A stretch of DNA of 64,000 bases from a virus, in the IMG/VR virus record IMGVR_UViG_3300017917_003859, positions 64,001 to 128,000 of that record; one strand, written 5' to 3'. Positions 20,393 to 30,153 of the stretch are shown here, one piece after another. Position 1 is the stretch's first letter; the number at the start of each line of letters is the position of its first letter. Below the pieces are notes generated by a model that was given only the letters and a program-made list of their open reading frames with translations, had not been told where the DNA came from and did no database searches. Made by a program: the position numbers and the translations under genes.

Positions 20393-20393
20393 T

Positions 20394-21371
20394 ATGAAAA
20401 AATACTTTTTACCAATTTTAATAGCGCTGTCTGCATTATCAATTAGTGCAGCAGCTGCTTTTTATAGCGTAACAGGTCTAGCAAAATTGTTTGCTGGAGT
20501 AGAAACAGCAGTTATATGGATGGCTTCTTCTCTTGAAGTAGCTAAATTAGTTGTAGCATCTTTACTTTATCAATACTGGAAAAAAATAGGATGGGTACTT
20601 AAAGTATACTTAACAATTGCCTTAATTACATTAATGATAATTACATCTGCAGGTATTTATGGATATTTAAGTAGTGGTTATCAAGATACAGCAAATAAAA
20701 CAGGAGTTGTAGATAAAGAAATCGCTTTAATTGATAATAGAATAAAAACACAAGAATCAAGTAAAGAATTTACTTTACAACAATTAAAAAATACCCAACA
20801 AAGTATTTCTCAATTAAGAGGAGCATTAGGTAATAATACACAAACCTATAAAGATAAAGATGGAAACATTTTAACTACTACTTCCTCGGCAAATAGAAAA
20901 GCATATGAAAAACAACTTGAATTGGCTTTAGTAGAAGAAAAAACACTAACTAACAAATTAAATACTTTAGATTCTACATTATCAGTTTTATCAGAGGAAA
21001 AGTTAATAAAAGAATCAAATGCTGAACTGGCAGGTGAATTAGGTCCATTAAAATATATTGCTAAATTAACTGGTAAATCTATGGATAAAATTATAAATTG
21101 GTTTTTATTAGTTATTATATTTGTATTTGATCCATTAGCTATTGCTTTAGTTATAGCAGCTAACTTTGCTTTTGCCCAATTAAAAAATCCTAATAAACTG
21201 GCTATATATGATGAAAAACCAGTTGAAGTAAAACCAATCATCACAGAGCATAAAGTTGATGATTTATCAGTTCCTCCTCCACCAAAACCTAAAAATTCAT
21301 GGTACAATTATGTTCCTCCGGTTTTTGGAAAAAAGAAAAATAAAGATGATGATGAAATAATTACTTATTAG
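20394..21371 (+). CDS. Membrane protein with coiled-coil domain
   Basis: Three N-terminal hydrophobic helices, coiled coil, 'ELGPLKYIA...FVFDPLAI' TM segment; start reassigned to ATG 20394. Confidence 0.7.
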   Translation: MKKYFLPILIALSALSISAAAAFYSVTGLAKLFAGVETAVIWMASSLEVAKLVVASLLYQYWKKIGWVLKVYLTIALITLMIITSAGIYGYLSSGYQDTANKTGVVDKEIALIDNRIKTQESSKEFTLQQLKNTQQSISQLRGALGNNTQTYKDKDGNILTTTSSANRKAYEKQLELALVEEKTLTNKLNTLDSTLSVLSEEKLIKESNAELAGELGPLKYIAKLTGKSMDKIINWFLLVIIFVFDPLAIALVIAANFAFAQLKNPNKLAIYDEKPVEVKPIITEHKVDDLSVPPPPKPKNSWYNYVPPVFGKKKNKDDDEIITY

Positions 21372-21399
21372 GCTTTTTAAATTTTTTATAATATATTTA
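21368..21399 (+). promoter_or_regulatory. Host-type promoter TTAGG-N19-TATATTTA
   Basis: Motif family, upstream of DpdA-like gene. Confidence 0.6.
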
Positions 21400-21414
21400 T
21401 AATAAATTAATGTT

Positions 21415-22206
21415 ATGATAAAGATTTCACATGAAGTGCCCCTTTGTTTATTAGAAAAAAGTAGAGAATTTAATGATTATGATTATTGTCTTCCTCATTT
21501 AATGGATGAAAATGAAGAATATAAACAATTTTTCCTTAAATCTAAAGAAATAGGTCGTCATATAATGATGGATAATAGTTTACATGAACTTGGAGTCCCA
21601 TATTCTGAAAAAAGATTGTTTTATTGGTTAAATGAATTACAACCACCAGAATTTTTTGTTCCTGATTATTGGGAAAATAAAACAGAATCTATTGTTTCTG
21701 CTAAAAAATGGATTGGATTTCAACAACAATATCCAAATACTACATTTATAGCTGTAGCACAGGCTAAATCATATGGTGAAGCATTAGAGTGTTATCAAAT
21801 TTATAAAGATTTAGGTTATAAAAAGATAGCATTTAGTTATGGAGCTTCTTTCTATAATAAATTATGTCCCCATCCTAATAAATCATTAGGAAAAGCATTA
21901 GGTAGAATTCATTTAATTTCTCATTTATATAAAGAAAATATTATTACTTCAACTGATAGAATCCATTTATTGGGTTGTGCTGTACCTCAAGAATTTAAAT
22001 GGTACAAAAACATGCCTTTTATTGAAAGTATAGATACTTCAAACCCAGTAATGGCTACTTTAGATGAAATGGAATATGGTAGTTATGGTTTATATGAAAA
22101 ACCTAAATCAAATATGAATGATTCATTTTATATAAAATTAAATCAAATAAATATTCCATTATTACATCATAATATTGAAAAATTTAGAAAAATAAATTCA
22201 TTATAA
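21415..22206 (+). CDS. TGT-fold transglycosylase, DpdA-like (7-deazaguanine insertion into DNA)
   Basis: 'MMDNS', 'VPD', 'VAQ', 'HLLG', 'SIDTS' match TGT/DpdA motifs; adjacent to queC/D/E and folE. Confidence 0.72.
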   Translation: MIKISHEVPLCLLEKSREFNDYDYCLPHLMDENEEYKQFFLKSKEIGRHIMMDNSLHELGVPYSEKRLFYWLNELQPPEFFVPDYWENKTESIVSAKKWIGFQQQYPNTTFIAVAQAKSYGEALECYQIYKDLGYKKIAFSYGASFYNKLCPHPNKSLGKALGRIHLISHLYKENIITSTDRIHLLGCAVPQEFKWYKNMPFIESIDTSNPVMATLDEMEYGSYGLYEKPKSNMNDSFYIKLNQINIPLLHHNIEKFRKINSL

Positions 22207-22207
22207 A

Positions 22208-22239
22208 TTTGGAATTTTAATTTAAAAATATTATATTTA
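22208..22239 (+). promoter_or_regulatory. Host-type promoter TTTGG-N19-TATATTTA
   Basis: Motif family, upstream of queC. Confidence 0.7.
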
Positions 22240-22253
22240 TTATAAATACAGTT

Positions 22254-23138
22254 ATGAAAAAATACGCAGTTTTATCGTTAAGTGGGGGAATGGATAGCTC
22301 CACATTATTACTCCATTTATTAGCAAATAATTATGAAGTAACTGCTTTATCATTTGATTATGGTCAAAAACATAAAGTTGAATTAGAAAAAGCAAAAGAA
22401 TTAGTAGAATACATTAATGGGAATTTTAATATAGATGAAGAATCAAAAACAGTTGATTATCCATATTATGTTAAACATCAAATCATTAAATTAGATGGTC
22501 TCTCTCAATTACTCAATTCATCATTAGTTGAAGGTGGTTCTGAAGTACCTGAAGGACACTATGCTGAAGAAAATATGAAAGATACAGTTGTTCCTAATCG
22601 TAATAAAATATTCAGTTCTATTATTCAAGCAGTTGCCTTATCAATAGCTGAAAAAAATAACGCTGAATGTTCTATAGCAATGGGAATTCATGCTGGTGAC
22701 CATGCTATTTATCCGGATTGTCGTCAAGAATTTAGAGATGCTGATTTTGAAGCATTTAAACAAGGAAATTGGGGTGCTGAAAGAGTAAATGTATATACAC
22801 CTTATCTTGATACTGATAAATTTGGTATTTTAAAGGATGGAGAATCTTGTTGTGAGTGTTTAAATTTAAATTTTGACGAAGTATATTCACGTACTAATAC
22901 AAGTTATAAACCAATACATATCCCTTCTTACAATAAACAAGGATTTACAGAACAAGGAAAATGGTACTCAGATTACAAATCAGCTAGTTCAGTAGAACGT
23001 ATTGAAGCATTTATGAAATTAGGAAGAAAAGATCCTGTTAAATATGCTGAAATTATTCCAAGTGGAGAAGCAATCCCTCGCACTTGGGAAGAAGTAGTAA
23101 TTCATGTTAAAAATATTTTAGAAAATCATAATAAATAA
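22254..23138 (+). CDS. queC: 7-cyano-7-deazaguanine synthase
   Basis: 'SGGMDS', 'FDYGQKH', 'VPNRN', 'YPDCR'. Confidence 0.93.
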   Translation: MKKYAVLSLSGGMDSSTLLLHLLANNYEVTALSFDYGQKHKVELEKAKELVEYINGNFNIDEESKTVDYPYYVKHQIIKLDGLSQLLNSSLVEGGSEVPEGHYAEENMKDTVVPNRNKIFSSIIQAVALSIAEKNNAECSIAMGIHAGDHAIYPDCRQEFRDADFEAFKQGNWGAERVNVYTPYLDTDKFGILKDGESCCECLNLNFDEVYSRTNTSYKPIHIPSYNKQGFTEQGKWYSDYKSASSVERIEAFMKLGRKDPVKYAEIIPSGEAIPRTWEEVVIHVKNILENHNK

Positions 23139-23151
23139 AAAGGAGGTAAAT

Positions 23152-23493
23152 ATGTTTAATTTTGAAGATTATTTTAATTCATGGAATGATTTGTTTAAAT
23201 TTAATTATGAATACAAATCAACATCTTATAATTGGGATGAATTAAAAAAACAAGGTAAAGTAGAAGAAACTACTGAAGAAAAAAATGGTTTTAAAACTAT
23301 TACTCGAACCTTTATTTCAAAAGATGGAAATCAAAGAATTACTCAATCTGAAACTTTCCCTATTATTGATGAAACTAAACAAAAATTAATTAGTTTAGAT
23401 AAACAAATTTATGAAGCTGTAAAAAAAGAAGACTATGAAACAGCAGCTAAATTAAAAAAAGAAAAAGAAACTTTAATAAAAAATAAAAAATGA
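23152..23493 (+). CDS. UVR (UvrB/C motif) domain protein
   Basis: C-terminal 'LDKQIYEAVKKEDYETAAKLKKE'. Confidence 0.75.
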   Translation: MFNFEDYFNSWNDLFKFNYEYKSTSYNWDELKKQGKVEETTEEKNGFKTITRTFISKDGNQRITQSETFPIIDETKQKLISLDKQIYEAVKKEDYETAAKLKKEKETLIKNKK

Positions 23494-23741
23494 AACAAGC
23501 AATTTTATTCACAGCAAATTGGTGTTCTGCATGTCAAACAATGAAACCAATTATTGAACAAGTAACTAAAGAAACTAAAACTCAATTAGCAAAAATTGAT
23601 ACTGATTATGATGTTAGTTTAACTCAACAATATAATATTAAAAGTATTCCTACTTTAGTAATTTTAGAAAACGGAAATGAAATTAATCGAGTAGTAGGCA
23701 CTCAATCTGCTGAAAGCATTAGAAATCTAATTAAAGGATAA
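23490..23741 (+). CDS. Thioredoxin
   Basis: 'WCSAC', 'IKSIPTL'. Confidence 0.92.
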   Translation: MKQAILFTANWCSACQTMKPIIEQVTKETKTQLAKIDTDYDVSLTQQYNIKSIPTLVILENGNEINRVVGTQSAESIRNLIKG

Positions 23742-23742
23742 T

Positions 23743-24219
23743 ATGGCAAGATACATCTCAACAAAATTATTCGAAAACTACTCAGTAGCAATTCGTCAAT
23801 GGAAAGCACAACATTCACATTGTCAATTATTACATGGATATGCTTTAAAATTTAAAGTATGGTTTGCATCTAATGAACCTGACATTGATAAACAACTCGA
23901 TGATATGAATTGGATTGTTGATTATGGTGGATTTAAAACTCCTCCTCATGGTAATGGATTAAAAGATTGGATGAATCATATGTGGGATCATACAACATTA
24001 ATTCAAAAAGATGATCCATATGCTGATATTTTTGAGCAATTAGGGCAAATGGGTTTAGCTAAAGTGCATTTTTTAGAAAAAATGGGAGCTGAGTCATGTG
24101 CACGTTTAGTTTATGAACATTTTAATGAAGTTTTATCTAAAACAGATGCAGGTCGTTGTAAATGTATCAAGGTAGAATGTTTTGAAAATGATAATAATTC
24201 TTCAATTTATGAAGAATAA
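23743..24219 (+). CDS. queD: 6-carboxytetrahydropterin synthase
   Basis: 'HCQLLHGY', 'VDYG', 'WDH', 'AE', T-fold length; cluster context. Confidence 0.88.
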   Translation: MARYISTKLFENYSVAIRQWKAQHSHCQLLHGYALKFKVWFASNEPDIDKQLDDMNWIVDYGGFKTPPHGNGLKDWMNHMWDHTTLIQKDDPYADIFEQLGQMGLAKVHFLEKMGAESCARLVYEHFNEVLSKTDAGRCKCIKVECFENDNNSSIYEE

Positions 24220-24251
24220 TTTGGATTATAAAATAAATTAATTTATATTTA
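24220..24251 (+). promoter_or_regulatory. Host-type promoter TTTGG-N19-TATATTTA
   Basis: Motif family. Confidence 0.7.
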
Positions 24252-24263
24252 AAAACAAAAGTT

Positions 24264-24509
24264 ATGGAAAATCAAGAAACAATGTTGTCCTTATATGATT
24301 ATTTAGGACATGCCGCTGGCTCTCAATTAGGAAAAGATGTAGCAGCTGCTGCTAAAAATGAAAAGTGTGGATTTGAAATTAGAGTAGTCTCTAATCCTAA
24401 ATATACTGGTGAAGTTATGTTATATCCTAAATCTTTTTTAGATAAGTATTTTAAAAAAACAAAAACAACTGACCAGAATATTTCTGATAATGACATACTA
24501 CCATTTTAA
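24264..24509 (+). CDS. Hypothetical protein
   Basis: ORF with AAGTTATG start context. Confidence 0.65.
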   Translation: MENQETMLSLYDYLGHAAGSQLGKDVAAAAKNEKCGFEIRVVSNPKYTGEVMLYPKSFLDKYFKKTKTTDQNISDNDILPF

Positions 24510-24511
24510 TT

Positions 24512-25351
24512 ATGAGTAAAATACAAAAAGATAAATTATTAATTAGTTCCGACTTCTATTCAGTACAAGGAGAAGGAAAAACTACAGGTGTACCTTCATA
24601 TTTTGTACGTTTAGGTATGTGCAATTTAACTTGTGGAATGTCTCGTTTATTTGCCAATAAGTTAATGAAAGAAAAATCATTAGAAGATGGTGAAATCTTT
24701 GAAGGTGACTTACATAAGGAAGGTAAAGCAACTTGGACTTGTGATTCTACTTCTCAGTGGTTATGGAGAGGTGAAGATAAAGATTTCCAATACTTAATTG
24801 ATAGGTGGAAAGAACAAGGCATCTATGAAGATATTAAGAACGGTACTATCCATATTATTTGGACAGGTGGTGAACCTACAATTAAAGGACATCAGGAAGC
24901 AATTTGTAATTTTTTAGATTATTGGAATCAAATAGATCCACATTATTCATATAATGAAATAGAGACAAATGGTACTGTTTATATTGAAGATGGAGAAAAT
25001 AAAGGAGTATTTAATTACATAAATCAAATTAACTGCTCACCAAAGTTAGCTAACTCAGGTATGACTGAGAAACAGCGTATTAATCCCGATGCTATTAAAC
25101 GCATTATGGAACACGCTAACTATCAATTCAAATTCGTTATTAGTACAGAAGATGATGTTAAGGAAATATTTCGTGATTTTGTAGAACCATTTAATATACC
25201 GCTTAAAAATGTAGTTTGTATGCCTGGGTTAGATGATCAAACTGATTTTCATGAGCGTACTCAATTTTGTTTAGAAATGGCTAAAAAATATAAATTTATT
25301 GGTCTTACTCGTTTACATATTTCGGCTTGGGATAAAACATTAAATGTATAA
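24512..25351 (+). CDS. queE: 7-carboxy-7-deazaguanine synthase (radical SAM)
   Basis: 'FYSVQGEG', 'FVRLGMCNLTC...CDS', 'TGGEP', 'ETNG', 'CSPK', 'RLH'. Confidence 0.92.
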   Translation: MSKIQKDKLLISSDFYSVQGEGKTTGVPSYFVRLGMCNLTCGMSRLFANKLMKEKSLEDGEIFEGDLHKEGKATWTCDSTSQWLWRGEDKDFQYLIDRWKEQGIYEDIKNGTIHIIWTGGEPTIKGHQEAICNFLDYWNQIDPHYSYNEIETNGTVYIEDGENKGVFNYINQINCSPKLANSGMTEKQRINPDAIKRIMEHANYQFKFVISTEDDVKEIFRDFVEPFNIPLKNVVCMPGLDDQTDFHERTQFCLEMAKKYKFIGLTRLHISAWDKTLNV

Positions 25352-25352
25352 A

Positions 25353-25505
25353 ATGGAAAAGGAAGACGCTAAAAAACACTTAATGAAATTAAGAATAGAA
25401 GCTTTATATAGAGAGTGGGCTATTTTAAAAGAAGTTGTATCTTCAACCCCTAATGATCAAGATTTAGGTAAAAAAATTAGAGAATATTTTAATAATAAAA
25501 AATAA
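25353..25505 (+). CDS. Small hypothetical protein (50 aa)
   Basis: Not in track; MEKEDAKK...PNDQDLGKKIREYFNNKK fills the queE-folE gap. Confidence 0.6.
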   Translation: MEKEDAKKHLMKLRIEALYREWAILKEVVSSTPNDQDLGKKIREYFNNKK

Positions 25506-25506
25506 T

Positions 25507-26148
25507 ATGAAATATATCAATAAAGCAAATGAAAATACTCCTCGTACTGCTAAGGAGATTGAAAAGATGATTAAAGAAGCATCTAAACATTATGGTAAAT
25601 TTTTAAAATCAATGGGATTTGATTATGAACAAGATCCTCAAACCCTAGATACTCCTCGTCGTGTAGCTAAAGCCTGGTTAAAAGATCTAGTTATAGGCTC
25701 AGTTACCGAAGAACCATCAATGACTGTATTTCCTAATGAAGAAAATTATAATGGAGTAGTAATTCAAACAGGAATTCCTGTAGTATCACTTTGTGCGCAC
25801 CATAATCTACCTTTTACAGGTTATGCTTCGGTAGCATATGTGCCTAAAGATAAAGTAGTAGGTTTAAGTAAATTAAATCGTGTTGTTGATTGGTTTTCTC
25901 GTCGCCCACAAATGCAAGAATCTCTTACTCAACAAATTCATAGTTTTTTATCTGAAAAATTAGGATGTGAGTCTGTAGCTGTTAGTATTGCTTCTAAACA
26001 TATGTGTTGTTCAAATCGTGGTATTAAACATCCCACATCAACTATGACTACTAATAAATTTAGTGGTGTATTTATGGAACCAAATAATATGATTCGTGAA
26101 GAATTTTTACATGCAATTGCAAAAAATGGAAAAGATATCAATCAATAA
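25507..26148 (+). CDS. folE: GTP cyclohydrolase I
   Basis: 'TPRRVA', 'SLCAHH', 'GLSKLNR', 'RRPQMQE', 'HMC'. Confidence 0.95.
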   Translation: MKYINKANENTPRTAKEIEKMIKEASKHYGKFLKSMGFDYEQDPQTLDTPRRVAKAWLKDLVIGSVTEEPSMTVFPNEENYNGVVIQTGIPVVSLCAHHNLPFTGYASVAYVPKDKVVGLSKLNRVVDWFSRRPQMQESLTQQIHSFLSEKLGCESVAVSIASKHMCCSNRGIKHPTSTMTTNKFSGVFMEPNNMIREEFLHAIAKNGKDINQ

Positions 26149-26410
26149 AGAAAAATTTAAAGAAGCATCACTATTAGCTATAATTCAAATATTTTTATAC
26201 GGATTATTATGTATAAATTATAGATCAGTAGCTGCTGCTCATTATCATGAAGCTGCAATTTCTGATTTTTTAATAGCTTCTATGAATTTTTTTATTATTA
26301 AAAAAATATCTCAATCCACAGATGCTTTATATCAATGGGTAGGGTATGTTATAGGATCAGTTATAGGTTCATATTTAGGAATTTATTTATCAATAATGCT
26401 AAATTCATGA
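26126..26410 (+). CDS. Small membrane protein
   Basis: Three hydrophobic segments, 'GSVIGSYLG'; start reassigned. Confidence 0.6.
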   Translation: MEKISINKEKFKEASLLAIIQIFLYGLLCINYRSVAAAHYHEAAISDFLIASMNFFIIKKISQSTDALYQWVGYVIGSVIGSYLGIYLSIMLNS

Positions 26411-26904
26411 ATCCGGCAGATTTAATTACTCCTCAAATATTAAATTTTTGTAAACCTATGAATACAATAGTAGTATGTGGATTTACAAAAACTGGAAAAA
26501 TAGCAATTGCTGAAAAATTATCTAAAGAACTTAATAGAAAACTTTTCATTTCAGATGATTTTCAATATGTTAAACCTGAAGAATCATTATATGAATTTAT
26601 AAAAAATATTTCTCCTTATCATCAACAGCGTGTTCCTATTATTGTTGAAGGAATTTTATGTTTTAGATTATTGAGAAAAGGAATACAAGAAGGAATATTT
26701 TTTCCTGATTTAATTATAAAAACTAAATGTGATGAAAAAACAATTAGGTATTTTTATGATAAAGATGGAGAAGGGCATAAAGCAAATAGAGCAATATCTT
26801 TTAATAAAGGATTAGATACTATATGGAATGAATATTTAAATTTATTGAATAAAAATCCATGGTTTAAAAAACCCCAATTTATAGAATTGAATACATCATT
26901 ATGA
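26407..26904 (+). CDS. P-loop nucleoside/nucleotide kinase-like protein
   Basis: 'IVVCGFTKTGK', 'IIVEG'; start reassigned to 26407. Confidence 0.62.
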   Translation: MNPADLITPQILNFCKPMNTIVVCGFTKTGKIAIAEKLSKELNRKLFISDDFQYVKPEESLYEFIKNISPYHQQRVPIIVEGILCFRLLRKGIQEGIFFPDLIIKTKCDEKTIRYFYDKDGEGHKANRAISFNKGLDTIWNEYLNLLNKNPWFKKPQFIELNTSL

Positions 26905-27077
26905 TTCAAGAACAACATCCACCAATCAAAATTACTCTTTCTAGTTTTGGAAATGAGTTTATAGCTATTTTACCTAAAAATTATGATTTAGATTTAGTAT
27001 GCAGAGCATTTGAAGGACTACTTATTAGTGCTGGATATGAAAAAGAACAAATAAATAAATTTATAAACACAAAATAA
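26901..27077 (+). CDS. Small hypothetical protein (58 aa)
   Basis: Not in track; ATGA overlap with upstream stop, MIQEQHPP...INTK. Confidence 0.6.
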   Translation: MIQEQHPPIKITLSSFGNEFIAILPKNYDLDLVCRAFEGLLISAGYEKEQINKFINTK

Positions 27078-27078
27078 T

Positions 27079-27582
27079 ATGGAAAACAAATACATACCTT
27101 TTATCTCTGAGGTAGAAGAATTTAATGAAACAATGGGTAAAGGATGGCAAAATCGTACTACACCAACAATTAATAAAGTAGATGCTGATTTTGTAATTAA
27201 TTTTATTCAAGAAGAACTTGATGAATTAAAAGAAGCAGTTGAAGAAAATGATATTGTAGGAGTATTTGATGCTATTTTAGATATTACTTATGTAGGATTA
27301 GGAAATGGGGCTTTAGTATTTGGATTAAAAGATAAAATATTAGATGGATATGCTGAAGTACAAGCATCTAATATGTCTAAACTTTGCAAATCAGAAGAAG
27401 AAGCACGTTTAACAGTTATTAAGCGCTCTGAAGAACAAGGTCGCCCGTGTCATTATGTAAAAGTAGGAGACAATTGGATTGTATATAGAGATGATAAAAA
27501 AATTATGAAAAGTTTAAACTATTTTCCTCCAAACCTAAACCAATTTTTTACAGAGGATGAAATAAATTCATGTAAAAAATAG
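27079..27582 (+). CDS. MazG-like (all-alpha) NTP pyrophosphohydrolase
   Basis: 'IQEELDEL', 'DAILDITYV', 'EVQASNMSK'. Confidence 0.85.
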   Translation: MENKYIPFISEVEEFNETMGKGWQNRTTPTINKVDADFVINFIQEELDELKEAVEENDIVGVFDAILDITYVGLGNGALVFGLKDKILDGYAEVQASNMSKLCKSEEEARLTVIKRSEEQGRPCHYVKVGDNWIVYRDDKKIMKSLNYFPPNLNQFFTEDEINSCKK

Positions 27583-27624
27583 ATCTCTTATATATTTATT
27601 ATCGATAACTAGATAGTAAAATAT

Positions 27625-28347
27625 ATGACAAAAATTTATTTAATTGAAAACTGTTTTGGAGATCCAAACAAAGTATATATTGGGAAAACCATTAATAGTA
27701 GATATAATCCTCACAAATATATATTTGGAGAAAATATCAAATATACTATTATAGATGAAATTAATTCTTTAGATAAAAAAGATTGGAAACCTTTAGAGTG
27801 TTATTGGATTGAACAATTTAAACAGTGGAATTTTAATGTTTTAAATAAAAATAAAGGAGGAAGTGGTCCTTCTTATTTAGATGAAGAACAAAGAAAAAAT
27901 TTAAGAGTTCCTAAAAAGAATAAAGAAAAATATTCATATCCTAAAACTCAATGTTTTATAAATTCTGTAAAGGGAAAACACAAAATTCACCCTGAAAGTA
28001 GAAATAGGAATATAAGTCAATCTTTAAAAGGATATAAACAAACAGAAGAACATATTGAAAAAAGAATTAAAAAATTAAAAAATAAACCCAATATAAAAAA
28101 TCGAAAACCAAAACCAGAAGGATTTGGAAAAATTATTAGTGAAAAGTTGAAAGGAAAAAAACATGATTTTACATCAAAACCTATTATTCAATATGATTTG
28201 AATAAAAATCTTATACAAGAATTTCCTTCCATTACTAATGCATGTGATGTTATATTTAATGATAGATCTAAAAATCCAAATATAACTAAATGTTGTCAAG
28301 GAAAAATAAAAACTGCTTATGGATTTATTTGGAAATATAAAAATTAA
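27625..28347 (+). mobile_element. GIY-YIG homing endonuclease with NUMOD/HTH C-terminus
   Basis: 'KIY...VYIGKT', 'E.YWI', 'N...GG', 'IIQYDL...EFPSI...CCQGKIKTAYGFIWKY'. Confidence 0.85.
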
Positions 28348-28382
28348 TTTATATTTTTATTAAAAATTTAAAACTAAAACAC

Positions 28383-30131
28383 TTGTATCAGTCAATTTAC
28401 TACGATCACCAATCATATACTTATTATCTCCGTGATGATGATATGGGTTGGTCTGAATTTAAATATCAACCAACATATTGGAAACGAGTAGATGAATGGC
28501 AAGAAAATGCTCAACCTGTACTGACCGGAGGATGGGCAGTACCAACTAAAAAATATAATAAAGATGATTCTAATTTATTAGAAAAAGATATTGATAAATG
28601 TCTTGTTGTATTACGAGAATTATATTACAAATTAGATGATGTTGTGCCTAAATGGCATAACATTGTTTATTTAGATATTGAAATCGAAATGGGAGGTGCT
28701 TTAACACCTGAATACATCAAAGCTGCACCTATGCCTCTTACATCCATTGCTTTAATTGACATTACCACTAAACAAAAAATATGTTTAATTGTTGATAAAA
28801 CAGGTGAAATTAAAGAAACAAATCAAGATAGCAAACATATTATACCTTGTGGTTCAGAAAAAGAATTAATTAAACGCTTTCTAGATAAATGGGAAGAATT
28901 AGACCCAACAATCATCTGTGGATATAACTCAGAATATTTTGATGTACCTTACTTGTATTTTAGAATTAAACAAGTACTAGGTGAGGATGAAGTATTGCGT
29001 TTATCTCCCATTAAAAAAATTAATTATAGAGAATTTGCTGGTCAAATGCAACTTACTATAGGAGGTGTTAACCATTTAGATTATATGCTTTTACATAAAA
29101 AGTATATTATGAAAGAAGAACCCTCATATAAATTAGGAGATATAGGAACTAAATATGTTAATTTAGGTAAAATAGAGTATGAAGGTAATTTAAATACTTT
29201 ATTTAAAAACGATATAAATAAATTTATAGATTATAACTTACGAGATGTTGAAATTATAGAAGCATTAGAAGGTAAATTAAAATTTATCGACTTAACAATC
29301 ATGATTTCTCATATTTGTAATATACCTTACGAAAGTATTTACTACAATACAGTAATGAATGAAGGTGCTATTTTAAAGTATTTAAGACGTGAAGGCATCA
29401 TTTCACCAAACAAACCAACTACTCATAATCCATCACTTAAAAACATTAAGGAAAGTTATGCTGGTGGTTATTTATTGGAACCTATTCCTGGATTATATTT
29501 TGATGTTATTGATTTAGACTTTACTTCACTATATCCTTCAATTATTAAATCACTTAATTTAGGTATTGAAACATTAGTAGGTAGAATTAAAGTACCTTAC
29601 AATGCTACTTACGAGCAAAATCATAGTTTAGAAAAACTTAAAGAACGCAATCCTGAAGAAGAAATAACTATTGAAAAATTAGACAAAACAAATTATACAC
29701 TTAAATCAGCTAAAATTAAATTAAAAACATTAATTGATATAATTGAAAAAAACAATTACACAATATCTGCTTCAGGTGCTATGTTTGATACTAACGAAAA
29801 AAGTATTGTATCTAAAATATTAGCAGGGTGGTTTGACAAACGAGAGCATTATTGTGGTTTAAAGAAAAAAGCAGGTAAAGCAGAGGATTGGGCCAATTAT
29901 AAATTATATGATTTGTTTCAACATGCTTTTAAAATCTTACAAAACGCAATGTATGGCACATTTGCTATTAATGGATGGAGATACACTGATGGTCATTTGA
30001 TTTGTAGTGCTGCTATTACAAATAGTGGACAAAGATTAACTATGTCTACTATAGATTTTGTAAATGATAAAATAAACAATGAATATTTACAATTAAGTAA
30101 AGATAAGTTAATTACTAAATTTGGTTTATGA
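28383..30131 (+). CDS. Family B DNA polymerase, N-terminal subunit (3'-5' exonuclease, motifs A and B)
   Basis: 'LDIE', 'GYNSEYFD', 'YNLRD', 'DFTSLYPS', 'KILQNAMYG'; TTG start; lacks motif C. Confidence 0.9.
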   Translation: MYQSIYYDHQSYTYYLRDDDMGWSEFKYQPTYWKRVDEWQENAQPVLTGGWAVPTKKYNKDDSNLLEKDIDKCLVVLRELYYKLDDVVPKWHNIVYLDIEIEMGGALTPEYIKAAPMPLTSIALIDITTKQKICLIVDKTGEIKETNQDSKHIIPCGSEKELIKRFLDKWEELDPTIICGYNSEYFDVPYLYFRIKQVLGEDEVLRLSPIKKINYREFAGQMQLTIGGVNHLDYMLLHKKYIMKEEPSYKLGDIGTKYVNLGKIEYEGNLNTLFKNDINKFIDYNLRDVEIIEALEGKLKFIDLTIMISHICNIPYESIYYNTVMNEGAILKYLRREGIISPNKPTTHNPSLKNIKESYAGGYLLEPIPGLYFDVIDLDFTSLYPSIIKSLNLGIETLVGRIKVPYNATYEQNHSLEKLKERNPEEEITIEKLDKTNYTLKSAKIKLKTLIDIIEKNNYTISASGAMFDTNEKSIVSKILAGWFDKREHYCGLKKKAGKAEDWANYKLYDLFQHAFKILQNAMYGTFAINGWRYTDGHLICSAAITNSGQRLTMSTIDFVNDKINNEYLQLSKDKLITKFGL

Positions 30132-30153
30132 TATTTATAACAAATACTGGATT

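Noticed and set aside
27611-27616. AGATAG upstream of the GIY-YIG gene as an antisense target of the hairpin-3 loop
   Set aside because: Only a 6-nt match, expected by chance.
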